64,000 nt of DNA from Tubiluchus corallicola. Its lineage: Eukaryota > Animalia > Priapulida. Below the pieces are notes generated by a model. It saw only the letters and a program-made list of their open reading frames with translations, had not been told where the DNA came from and did no database searches. Positions 27,401 to 38,910 of this stretch are shown here, in pieces; the stretch's first letter is position 1, and every line of letters starts with the position of its first letter. The translations under genes and the position numbers were made by a program. The DNA lies in assembly GCA_030141605.1 (NCBI GenBank), contig JAQGDQ010000134.1:332816-396815 (forward strand), given 5' to 3'.

Positions 27401-30400
27401 CAGCCTTAGCATGACCTAGAAAGAACATTTATCAACTAGAAAACAGCATGAAAACTTAAGATTTCCCATTGTTTAGAGACAAAAATTTCTCAACCCAAGG
27501 ATTTAATACTTTAGCTCTCCGAAGTGGTTGGTATCGACTAATGGGGTCGACCAGGGGTTAATGGGACTATCCAAGTGTCGATAAATGCCTGGGGCCAAAA
27601 GGGTATCAATAAACATCCGGGCTTTTTGTAGTTTTGGGGTCGCCAGCTGACATTCGTATAAGAAATAAAAATAATGAAATATAACTTGCTGATACAGTTT
27701 TCTAATTTAAATACATTTAGTTTTTGTTGTCTATTTATTTTATAGTCTGTTTAGTGAAACATAATGAGAATAATATTTTACAATAATTTATCATTATTTG
27801 GAATCACAAGACAATGGACATTTATATAACACCTGTTTCCACACGCATTAACTTGGAAATTTTTAATCATATTCTCTATTTTTTTAATTTCCACAGCAAC
27901 AGTAAACAGTTTTTCCTTTTTGTTACCCTATGATCACAGGGGGGAGGGGATACAGAACAACAGTTTTGCATTGCTTGGTATGCAGTTTCCCTTGAGGTAT
28001 GTGGAAACTGCGCATCTACTTAATTATTATTAATATTTATTTTTTTGTACATGTCTGTGGGTAGAAGAAAAATCAAGGATTCCGTGAAGGGGTCAAAGGT
28101 CGGAGAAGTTTGAGACCCCTGCTGGAGACATAATGTACATACTATGCATACTAATCAAAACCTCGCGATGGTATTCAGCAAACACCACCTTAAGTGCTAA
28201 AACAATCAAAGTTACAGAGTCTTACAAAATGTCAACAAAGGTATTAATAATTAACAAGATATATTCCTATCCATGGTGAACACAAAGTTGGCAAACTAAC
28301 TAACGTGATCAAGCTTTAGACAAGTATGGATAACTTTAAAGCAGACTTAAAAAAACTCAATTGTGCATATATGGAAATTGCACAATATGTCAAACTACAG
28401 TAAGGTTGTGACAAGAAACTTCACAAGTCAGACATACCAAGTTGACCAGCATTCAAGCCAAATGTAAAAAGAGCATCCTTATTCCAGAGAACGGTGTGAA
28501 ATCTCCCAGCACAAATGCCTTCTATTGCAGCAGTGCGAATGTTCTTCAAATTGAGCTGTAGTACAACATAGCAATTATACATCATATGGCACTTCATGTG
28601 GCCAGTTCCTTGTACATGTTGCGGAGTGTGCATGACAGAAATCCACCACAAAAAGTAGCCCCTCGGCAACTCAACTAACTAACATACTACAGTGTTGACT
28701 ACAACTACTAATGATTTCCACTGATTTTGCATTTTGTTCATAAAACTTATAAAAAATTTAAAACCTGCAATATTTGATTTTTATTACAAGCACCAAATAA
28801 ATCAGATATTTTTATTGGTACTGGCAGAATTATTTTAGTCACATCGGAATGTGAACATATTCTCCCTCAATGAAGTAAACAGTCCAGAAGCAGTACCACC
28901 AGCATGACAAACAAAACTTCTCAGAGCAAGTGCTAAGCCACCCCCAAAATGAATAACCAGATCTCCACGTTGCTTAACTGCAGTCGCGAAGCACATACCG
29001 TGACCATTCGGCTCTGCACCTTGCCTCGAGCATCCCAAGTAGGAAGTGGAAATGTCACACAGCCTTTTAGTAAAAAGGCAAATCTTGTAATTGACACGAT
29101 AATCAGCTGACAAAGTAATATGACAGTGCAGTAATAAATACAGGATCACAATGTCAATTAAAAATACTGTTTAATGCAAGTTTCAAGTAGGTATATTTAT
29201 CACACTGGACATAAACTTACATAGAGTCTATGAAAAATGCACATAAATATGGCATATTTATAATACTTAGTAATGAGAACTACAGGAGATCTTAGCATGG
29301 CAATAATGCTGGATTTTGCCAAAGCCACCTTGGAAAAGAACAAAAGACAAGCGAGAAAGAGATAAAAAGAGAAAGGAAGGTAACAAAAAGGCAACAGATA
29401 ACCGATGTGTTAGGCATCTTTGTTACACAGATAAAGATGCACAAATAACTAATAGAATTTCCAGTTATAAATGTGAAGCAATGTGCTACATTATGTCTTA
29501 TACAAATCGCATTACGTAGCAGTTAGAAAGCTGATATAAATTAGTGAACATGTTAATGCCATGCAGCTTACAGTATTTTTTATAAGCCTGATAGACATAG
29601 ACATTTATTTTATGTATGATAGCTAAGAGTAACAATGAGCAAGTAAAATCCACAAAGGTAAACACATAAATTCATAACAAACCTGTTTTGGAGAGCCAGC
29701 GAGCGCCTCTTCCACAGGCGAGTATTGAAGAGAATGAGCCGTAGCTAGACCGCAAGTCCACACGGATCCTGCTTCCGTAAGCATGACAGTGTGATTACTG
29801 CCAGCAGCTATCTGCTTTACGTCATCGACTCCAACCACTTGCTTCGGAAACTGTGCAAGAAACAAGTTTAAAATTTTATAATTTAATTTCTCTTTGCAAA
29901 AACAAAATTAGTTGTTAGGCATGCAAGGGGGCGTCTCAGTGTAGTTTTACCATCTTTCTGACATGTAGTAGAATCAGGTAGTGGATAAATGCCAAGCCTA
30001 AGTAAAGGAAATAGCTGTATGATCAGTAGTTCAGTTTGGTATGATGTGTATAATTGATGCCAAAGTCAGCAAATATGTTGGTGACACCTACAAAATCGAA
30101 TCTGGGCGGTTTTATCTGCCACAGTGCCTCCATGTTTATTATACTAAAAGAAGATATGCATTCAAGTGGTAAGTAATAAATGCTGCCCCCATTGACAGTT
30201 TATTTATCTCAGTTCTAAACTTCTATTAACACTTTGTTTTTAATTCTATCTAACAACTATATAATCCTGTAATGTATTAATCCAATTATACATTGCCGGG
30301 ACTATCAAATCATACCATGTGCAGAACTTATATTTATTCTTGAATTTCTTACAATTGAAGTCTAGAATATTATAATATAGCAAATTTTCCTGCAAACTTA

Positions 30401-33400
30401 CCAAACAGATTGCTGAATCGTGGCCCAGTCTGCCACCACGGGCGTGTCCACAAGTAAAAACTCGTCCGCAATGAGTCAAAAATACTGAATGAAAATCACG
30501 TATGACAACCTGTGTGAAATTAGAAAAAATAGCTAAACGACAAAAGTTAGACTGCAAACAGGGTGAACAAAATTATGAGTTTTACGCAATTAAAATAGCA
30601 CATTTAATAGCAAATAAAACTGCAAAATGCATTTTGTATCGAGTGTGGGCTGTCACGTTGATTAAGTTCGCTAAACGCTGACATTATGCTTGCTAATAAC
30701 AAAATGATTCCTTTAACACGATGTTTAGTTATTAAATGTACGTGTGGGGAGAAGGAGATGTAAAATACTATCTAGGTCAGGGGAATATATTCGTTACCTG
30801 TCACAATGAATTGAAGTCATTTGGAAATGATAACTACATTGGGTTTATCTGTAAGATATAGCTTGAAATGCACGTCTAGTTACTCTAACACCTAGAAGCC
30901 ACAATTAATTACTACCACAATGACTGGACTCATTAGCTTTGGTTTAAAATAATCTGACTACGAAAAGTACTACAATTATCTGAAACGTGCTTTTAACTTG
31001 TTTCGTTTGTACATTTTACGCAGTTATAGCATTATTACTGTCACCATCATGACCTCATTTCAGAAGTAAGCTGAAGGGAAACCGTTTATCTAAACTAAAC
31101 GCTTCAGTTTAGCTGGCTCCGGATCTGTATATGCCACATCCGGATCGAGGAATTAATGTAAACAATATTTAATTTGTTTAGCCTTTTGGTCAGGTGGTGT
31201 ATTCGTTGTTCATTTTCAGGGTCACAGAGTAATTTTCAATGTAAACACTACAAACGTTTCTTTAAAGTTGCTGTACTGAATTTTGAACACTCAATTCATG
31301 CTTCATTCTGTACTACATACACAGTATATAAAACAATCTCTATTTGTTGATTTTACACTAAAAACCATCAAACTATGCTTTTACTGGAAGTAGATGGCTC
31401 TGAATTTTTGATGCAATAGCGCTATCTTTGCACGTTATTTGCCGCAAGGAACTACATTGCGAAGATTGCTGATATTGGGTGTGCTGCAAGAAGGCGGCAT
31501 AAAAACTAACCGATAGTTTCATAAATTTCTGAAGATTTTAATAGAAATCCTTCAAATTCTGTAAAAAAATAAGACTGCTAAGATAATTAAACAGTCATCT
31601 ATATTTTTCTTACCTGCACTCATTTTTTTCACAATCAATAGTTTTACACACAGAAAAATAGAAACTGATAAATCTGACGAACATTTCTGCCCGGAACCAG
31701 CTTGGTATCCGGAACTGGTATGTCCCTAAAATGAAATATTGTGTAAGTGTAGTTTCAACCTTTTTAGGTAGTTGCACAATATTTATTCAAATACCTGTTT
31801 TATGCTGTATCCTAACTTGCGAAAGGTAGACACTACTTCAGGATGAGCCTTGCTTTTCTGATCGCCATGTCCCAGCGTGAAATTTGCATTCTCGCCCCAA
31901 GTGTAAATGTCACTTTTGTCTATCAAAAACGAAACATATCAACAGCCAAATTTAGCAAATACCTGACATTATTTTGTTATTTTGAAACAGCAAAGTACGT
32001 TTAGCTACACCAATTTAACTTTTGTTTCGAGAAAAAGTTTCTGTGTCCTGGTGATCATAAAGTGGATCTCCACTTTTTTCACTTTTTTTAAAAAACTTCA
32101 GATTTGCTTTCTTCCACGATCATGTGACATCAAGTTCTACAATGTCTACAGATCAAGAAAAAATTGATGATGACAGGTTTGTATATAGTATAATGGACAA
32201 TGAACACAGATTCTAAGAAACTATCATATCACTTTTTATGGAAGAAAAGCTGATTTCTTTACACAGGTAATGAAATAATATGACAAGAACATGTCCAAAG
32301 GTGTAATACAAATTACACATTAACGACAACAACGAACATGCAATAGCACAACACTTCAACAAGTAAACTGTAATTTACAATTCCTTAGAGTGAAACTTTA
32401 CTAAATTTGGGAAAAAATTAAGAAACTCTTTTATGATACTAAACGTATGCAGAAAATACATTAATATGTTGTATTTAAGTGTGTACTGGGTCTAGAGTTC
32501 TACTTACCCAACTAGTTAAAACAGGTAACCCCATGGAACAGAACATACTTCGTCTTACTGGACAGCCAATCACACTTGCTAAGAGTAAGTTGCCTTTAAG
32601 GCAAATTATCGTCCTCTCAAAATTATATTTTCATTTCCATTAAGAAGGAAAGAAGTGGCTTCCAAAACATCAAGTGCCAAAATTAAAGTCATAAATAAAT
32701 TACAGATAAACAGTAACTATGAAAGTACCTAATGGAGAGTACTGCACATGCGGAAGACGATCTTTTACAACAATGTCAATTGGTGTTAAGCCATCATGAT
32801 CTGTAGGACTTGTCAAATTAGCTCCATTCTGAAAAATATTAATTCAAAAATGGTTGAACTGCAAGTTCAAGTCAGAGGAAACATTAAATGATAGAACTCC
32901 ATTGCAGAATGCACAACTGGATATAACTGCAACTGTGCTGCATTGGTGCACTAACCGAACAAGTTCAACTGCAATTGAATAAGTGCAGCAACTGACTACA
33001 TAGCAATGCCATTCTACATTCAAACTACAGAACACTTCATATGCTCAACAATGTAAAGCTAACTTCGCTAACTATTTTAAAGAGCTTATTACCGCGGTTC
33101 AAGAAATTTTTACATTATTTCATTGTAAAAGTTGATGGCTTTCAAAACTCCATACTGGATGTTATAATCCTATGTACTCTTTTTTCTTTTTCTAATCAGA
33201 CGCCACCTGTAATTTTATGTATGCAAAGCAATAAAAATGAATCAATGAGTAGACAAATGAATGATTAGAAACATTTCTGGCTTGTCAGAAGATATTGAAA
33301 ATGAAGAATGAATAAATATATAAATGAATAAGTTGTAATTAACTAGGATGGCAAATAAAAGTTTTTGCACGTATTATAACTACATAGTAGGGCTGTAAAA

Positions 33401-34882
33401 ATACACCTAGGCTATGATACGATACGTATCATGATACTAAGTTACTAACCTCACCATACACCTAAGTTAGCGTTTGCAGGTTTAATAAAAAAAAAACTAG
33501 ATGAAGTCGTTGATAATAACTGTTAATCATATTTATCAATCAACAGTTTATCACTCAACAAACTGTTTGATTCTTATTTATTACTTGTGTAACGTGTAGA
33601 TTATTGTAACCCACCAGAAAAACAAAACATGTTAATGCTTAAGGTTTAAAGTTACTTGTTTCTGGTTCACTTTTGTCATTTCACAAGTTTATATGCAAAC
33701 AGATTAAACACTTTGCACTTACAATCCCTTTGGCTGCTAGCAGTGCCTGTGTCAAATCAATTACTGATTACTGAACTGATTGTTATGTATCTACAGTACA
33801 ATCTACAGCTGCAGCCTGAATTACTTCAACATTATTTGTATCACCACATGGTCAACCGTGTGTGAATTTGCTGAATATAATCGAGTCAGATTACCACAAT
33901 ACAGTTACACTTTGGCAATATGCATATCGTAATAAAAAATATCGAGATGCATTGATGTATCATTACAGGCCTACCACATGGTACGTAAATAAAGATAAAT
34001 ATTGTACCATAATAAGTACTCTTGCCACGTTCAGTTGGCCATAAAAGACAGCTTTGTGGAGAGGTGTCCAGCGAGATTCTAAATCTGGTTTATGAACTTC
34101 TGCCAGTCCCTCTTCCAACAACCAGGCGACAAATTCCTCTTTTCCACAAGCTGCAGCCATATGCAGAACTCTGCGACCAAGCCTGAAAAATTGTGCAAAA
34201 AATTAAAGGAAAGACCGAGCTTTCTGGGAAGTAGTCATGGGCAATTGGTAGATTAAAAACGCTTACAACCATCTATAAATCGATATAATCAAAGATTGAA
34301 CAGTCAACCGAGAGCAAAATATTACATATTATGTACTGAGTAAAATGCAGTATTTTAGTACAAATAGGCAGAATCTTTGCATTTTCATCCTTTCATCTGA
34401 GTACAAAAACAGCAGACAGGGTGAAAGCAATGAAGAAGTTTATAGACTATATTTCAGTGCTGCAACGTTTGAAAAATAAGGCTTAAACATTAAAAACTTG
34501 CCACAAGAGATTCATTGTGATATCGAATTACAAAGAGATTATAATTGAATTACAAAAATTTCAAGGTGATCCTCAGTTATACTTAATTGTGTCCACTGCT
34601 ACTGGCTAATGCTCTGAAAATTTGAATAACTGCAATAAACTGACTGCTATATGGAATGCATAACAGACTGAATTATAATGGCTTGAGCTTTGAAATCTCT
34701 GAATTATCTAGGCTTTCCTTGATGCCATACCTATCCCGCACGTGTCCAAAGTTGCAGCACAGGCGTTGACAGTAATGCTGCAATTGTTCCAGTGTAGCAT
34801 TCCTTGAGGTCATTGCTGACACAAGCGCTGCTGCATGTTGCTGCGACCGACACTTCAACGTACACTCTGTCGCCATCGCCAT
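12461..34882 (-). CDS. IBTK: Inhibitor of Bruton tyrosine kinase (ankyrin-RCC1-BTB protein), 25 coding exons, ~1293 aa
   Basis: Phase-consistent exons: 34731-34882, 34008-34182, 32729-32828, 31795-31919, 30402-30509, 29683-29850, 28438-28555, 27241-27415, 26343-26466, 25428-25605, 24006-24198, 22968-23073, 22245-22410, 21889-21986, 21488-21627, 20368-20457, 19424-19544, 18951-19047, 18403-18683, 16956-17276, 15323-15549, 15107-15229, 13524-13649, 12861-13107, 12461-12583. Motifs: N-term ECTLKCRSQQH, ankyrin DLESRWTPLHKAVFYG, RCC1 YTWGENANFTLGHG/FTCGHARGGRLGH/FTFGLNAGQLG, BTB AHAYILTARSEYF and CHKCILIARLEYF, C-term LALIQIEERAIQELLRFY..PMWKK. Boundaries of exons 23/24 are uncertain. Confidence 0.95.
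13902..14710. mobile_element. Non-autonomous hAT MITE (CAGTGGC termini) carrying a nested Tc2-like MITE
   Basis: Termini CAGTGGCAGCTC and AAGCCGCCACTG; flanks GGAGTGAC/TGAGTAAC (6/8); same family as 47424-47869 in opposite orientation. Confidence 0.8.
13985..14412. mobile_element. Tc1/mariner (Tc2/pogo-like) MITE
   Basis: TA|CCGTATATAC.. and ..GTAAATAAGG|TA termini, internal AAGTCGA repeats; absent from the sister hAT MITE copy at 47.4-47.9 kb. Confidence 0.75.
17381..17810. repeat. Compound polypurine pentanucleotide microsatellite (AAAGG)n-(AGAAG/AGAGG)n-(AAAAG)n
   Basis: Directly visible; about 430 nt almost purely A/G on +, in the IBTK intron upstream of exon 16956-17276. Confidence 0.98.
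27480..28121. mobile_element. Probable degenerate Charlie-like hAT MITE
   Basis: Right end AGAAGTTTGAGACCCCTG with GGGGTC subterminal repeats at both ends; left TIR and TSD unclear. Confidence 0.45.
33388..33973. mobile_element. hAT MITE (TAGGGCTG termini)
   Basis: TAGGGCTGTAA / TTACAGGCCTA inverted ends; flanks CTACATAG / CCACATGG (6/8); GATAC/TATCG subterminal repeats. Confidence 0.7.
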
Positions 34883-35211
34883 GTCGATGGCAACAGAAGT
34901 TTGTAACTTCTTAAAGTGTGACGCAAAATTTAAGCCTGCTGAATACTTATTTGGGAAATAGGACGCGTAAGCAATGTCAAGAAACAAAACGGATGATCAC
35001 AGAATCGCCTGGTTCAATAAATACATGCAGATGGAACTGTATCAAATATCACAGCAAACTGATGTACTAAGCACACTCCTGTGTGACGCCACAGAAGTGT
35101 GGCAGATTTATCAGGCGTACCCTGTTACTTAGGCACCCACTGGGGGCAGCCATACAAGGCAGCCATGACAGTACGGGTTTAACTCAATTAGCCATAATTG
35201 CCTTCCGTAAC
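34883..35211 (-). promoter_or_regulatory. Putative IBTK 5' leader with four uORFs
   Basis: Strong acceptor CATTCTTTTTAATTTCAG ending at 35212; uORFs MAN* (35184-35195), MAALYGCPQWVPK* (35125-35166), 28 aa (35067-35153), MYLLNQAIL* (34997-35026). Confidence 0.6.
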
Positions 35212-35783
35212 CTGAAATTAAAAAGAATGCAAATTGTTGAATGATAGAAAACTAATAGTGGTAATAGAATAGCTGTAACCTGCTACATGAAATTCTCAAA
35301 AATCTGATAAAAATTTCAGTCCAAACTTTACTAATAAATTAATGGATTTAAACAGACTGCGAGTCTATCAGTGCCTTCTTTTAACACAAAGCAAAATAAT
35401 TCAAAAATGCACCTTAACTCCAGCAACATACTGAACTGAATGTTGTTTCACATATCAAAGTGTGCAGAATTTTCTATTAAGGTGCATAACATAGTTATTT
35501 GGTAGTACATTTAATGCATAATAATGCAAATGTAAATGTATCATTTATACAGTTCTGTTGCTGTGCACAGGGCCATTTTCTATCTATAAAACACCTGTCT
35601 ATAAAATACATAAATTTGTAAAAGATTTTGTTACTCAATACTCACTGATTTTCACTTGCTAAAGCAAGAGTGGCATTGATTAAATCAAATTATATTACTT
35701 CAGATCAACTTGACTAAAGCCGCATGTTTTTTGGCTATGTTAGAATTTTATTTACCAATAATTATCAACTACTGATTTTGGAC

Positions 35784-36188
35784 TAGAGTTGAGACAGTTA
35801 GGCTTTTTAACTAACCACTTAACTGTTATTAATTGCGGTTTGTTAACCGGTTAACTGTTCCCGATGATTCCATACATATATAAGAAAATATCGAACACTC
35901 ACGATTTAGTGTAAGCCGAGTGGTTCAAATCTAGCATGCACCAGTTAGAAAGTCCAACATGGCGGCATGCTCATAACATACGTGAATTAAAAACTTTTTT
36001 GCCATTTACATAGTGCAATTTTATGTAAGCGGGACATTGCTAACTGCATACGCCAAATCAGAAAAGATGCCAGGTTTCATTAATATGGATACATAGAAAA
36101 TATGGCTAACTAACAGTTAAACGGCTAGTGATTTTCTAAAAGGTTACACCACTTAGTGGTCGGATAAACGGTTAACCATCTCAGCTTA
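35784..36188. mobile_element. hAT MITE (TAGAG termini)
   Basis: Perfect 8-bp TSD TTTTGGAC (35776-35783, 36189-36196); ends TAGAGTTGAGACAGTTA / TAACCATCTCAGCTTA; internal GTTAAC/TAACCG repeats. Confidence 0.85.
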
Positions 36189-37079
36189 TTTTGGACCACT
36201 TTCTATTCTATGAATGTACTATCTTTTTCGTCCACCAAAACACAGATTTTGTTTTCAAGATATAAAGGTGACTGCAATTTCCAAAAACCTTATACATATG
36301 ATTTTGTACGTTTTTTCAACAAAGTGTGGGTTTTACCACTTTTTAAATTGCATGAAATCACTTATCATGGTTCATGCTAAATTCTTGCTATAAGCGCATA
36401 GGTTACGCCAAACTACCTTACTCAGATATTTTGCAGCTATTTGACTGCAATTTCGCCTTCCAAATGGCTTAAATAGGAAAAAATTCTTCAATTTTAAAGA
36501 GAGATTGAGAGAGAGAGAAAGACTGGTATAAATATGCCTTATGAACAGGCAGAACGGTTTAACACCAAACTGCGATAGTTTCCACATATTTTAGGCTAAG
36601 GTTTATATGACTAATAATAAGAATTTATTTGCTTTCAAAATAGCTGTCACAGACTAGTACATAACAATAAGTGCACATCTCTGCAAAAGTGCACTATACC
36701 CAAACACAACTGTATATACATTCAGTAAGCATCCGGCCGGAGGTCCTCAAATATACTGTGGATTTGAGCCTGACGGCACACACCTTTGGCCGACGAAGTC
36801 TAGACGGAAACTCTAGTTTCCAGTTTACGTGGAAAGTCAAAATCGCTAAAAAGCCAATTAAATAACAATTATTAATAGTTTTACCACAACTAAATCGCTG
36901 AAGACCCAATTCTTGTAATCACCGTTGATACAAATAAACAAGCGATAAACATTATGAGTAATGTTAACAGTCTGTACTTTTTAAATTTCAACAGAGTAAA
37001 ACTTTGTAAACACCAAAAAATGAAGAAAGTTTGATTAAAACTTCGAACTAAACCAACGAACTTCGTGTAAAGCGATTGA

Positions 37080-37330
37080 ACCACGTTAATTCAGCACTAG
37101 TTCTGCTTGCTCAACGTTTCGGTCCAGGTATGATTTTATGTGCGCATGCGTTGTGACCGAAACGCACGAACATTTCTCGCTATTTCTCGCGAAATTCTGC
37201 GTGATGTAAACAAACAGGGGACACACGAAATACTGCAATTTTGGCGTCGAGTTGTGAAAAAATTAAAGTTTAAATTATTCCTATTCCTGTTTCGTTTATT
37301 TATTGGATTTTAAAGGGAGTAACTATAGGT
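37080..37330. promoter_or_regulatory. Probable bidirectional promoter IBTK/SYAP1 with SYAP1 non-coding first exon
   Basis: CpG-enriched patch between divergent genes; NRF1-like TGCGCATGCG (37141), TCTCGCGAAA (37185), GTAAACAAA (37206), E2F-like TTTTGGCG (37239); + donor AG|GTAAGC at 37329 and acceptor TTTCAG ending at 38897 just before the SYAP1 ATG. Confidence 0.65.
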
Positions 37331-37654
37331 AAGCCAACCCTTTTATTTCGTAATAGTTATCTTCGATGATCGGGGTTAAGTTTTTTGTATTTGGGCTGTA
37401 CCTTTTGCATTTTTTCCAGTCTTCCATTTGTGTGTGGAGTAGTATCACAATCGGTCTTTTCGAGTAGGAAACGTAAACTAATAATTCTAACCTTTCTTGC
37501 TTTTAGTCAGTAATTTGACTGCTTGGGTGCGCACGCTTCTTTGAAATCAAATCAAGTGTATTTTTTTCTATAACATTTCAGGAACATATGTCGATGATAT
37601 GATATCAGTGATACAGATATACATCATTACATGTAATAAAAATATACAAACACA

Positions 37655-38135
37655 AGGGGGCGATGGACGTAAATTGGACGTCCATTCACTAGTTTAATGA
37701 ACGTGATGAACGTAGTTAAAACAAAATTTCTTTCCAAAAACTACTGATATATATAGAGCCCCTCACATTTAAACTAACATCCACCTCTCACTCAACATTA
37801 TACCCACCATGTCAAGAATTCGCTTTAAATTATTTAGTGAATGGACGCTCGAATTTACATCTATCACATTAAAATATACATTCCAAATGGACGCCTGCTT
37901 CATTCAAATATACATTAAATTGATGTAGATCAGGTCCATCAAAATAGGTCTTCAATTTAGTAAATTTGTGTACCTCGCGTCGTCACATCCAAATTTGTGT
38001 CCAACAAGTCCGTCAAAATAGCAAATGAACGTCCATCGCATTCATTGGAATAGTCTGTTACTTTAGTGAATGGAGCCTCAAAGTTACATCCATTGCATCC
38101 AAAACTACATCTGTCAAGTCCATCAAATTAGGGAG
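37655..38135. repeat. Degenerate non-autonomous element with many TGGACG/CGTCCA subterminal repeats
   Basis: Repeated ATGGACG(T) and GTCCAT motifs in both orientations; termini not resolved, superfamily uncertain. Confidence 0.45.
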
Positions 38136-38910
38136 ACACTAATCTCGCAGTCACGTTGCTTATAGAAATCTCTTGCAATAGGAAAGTCATTTAACTAACA
38201 ATAGCTCCTCATCTTAACCATCACTTTACGCTCTTATTGTCGCAATAAATTCTTGGCATACATTAGAAGAAGTTGAATTTAAAAATGGACAGAAAATGCA
38301 AATTATTATGTGTATCAAGTTTACTTTAGATATATATATGTATTAATCTGCAAGAACAGCGAACTTGCCAACTACTTACAGTTTTAAATGCTGAGGGTAT
38401 GCAAGAATTAGCTGGCTAGCCTCATTCTAATTGTCAGGTCAACAATGGTCACTGTGTTGTTAGAAAAAAATAGCAATGTAGACACACAGTCACAAAATAT
38501 TGATCAATATGCAGGCTAGAATCATTTTCTTAAATGCAACACTTAAATCTGTGCGACTAGTCTATCATTCAAGTGAATATGTCCATTTATGTGAAACACT
38601 TCAAATTCTGTGCTGTAGAAGGTTTTTAACAGGTGTATCGCTTAGAGGTAATTGTGGTTTTCAATACATACAATCTTGTAAAGTGAGTTGCACTGTTTCC
38701 CAGTGATTCACTTTGAGGTAACAATATGAAAAAAGTTATTACAGTACTATCAGGTCAACAATTATAAATGCTGTGCTATGAGCATATTATTTATCTATGA
38801 ATTTCATAATGTTGTGGCTTTGTTTTATGAAAGTGTGTTATGGTTATCAATATAATCCTAATTACTTTCTTCCTAGTTTGCTTCTTTAACATTTCAGCAC
38901 CAAAATTTAA

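Noticed and set aside
34883-34987. N-terminal extension of IBTK in ORF 34673..34987
   Set aside because: The ORF track uses a TTG start; the first in-frame ATG is 34882 and family similarity begins there.
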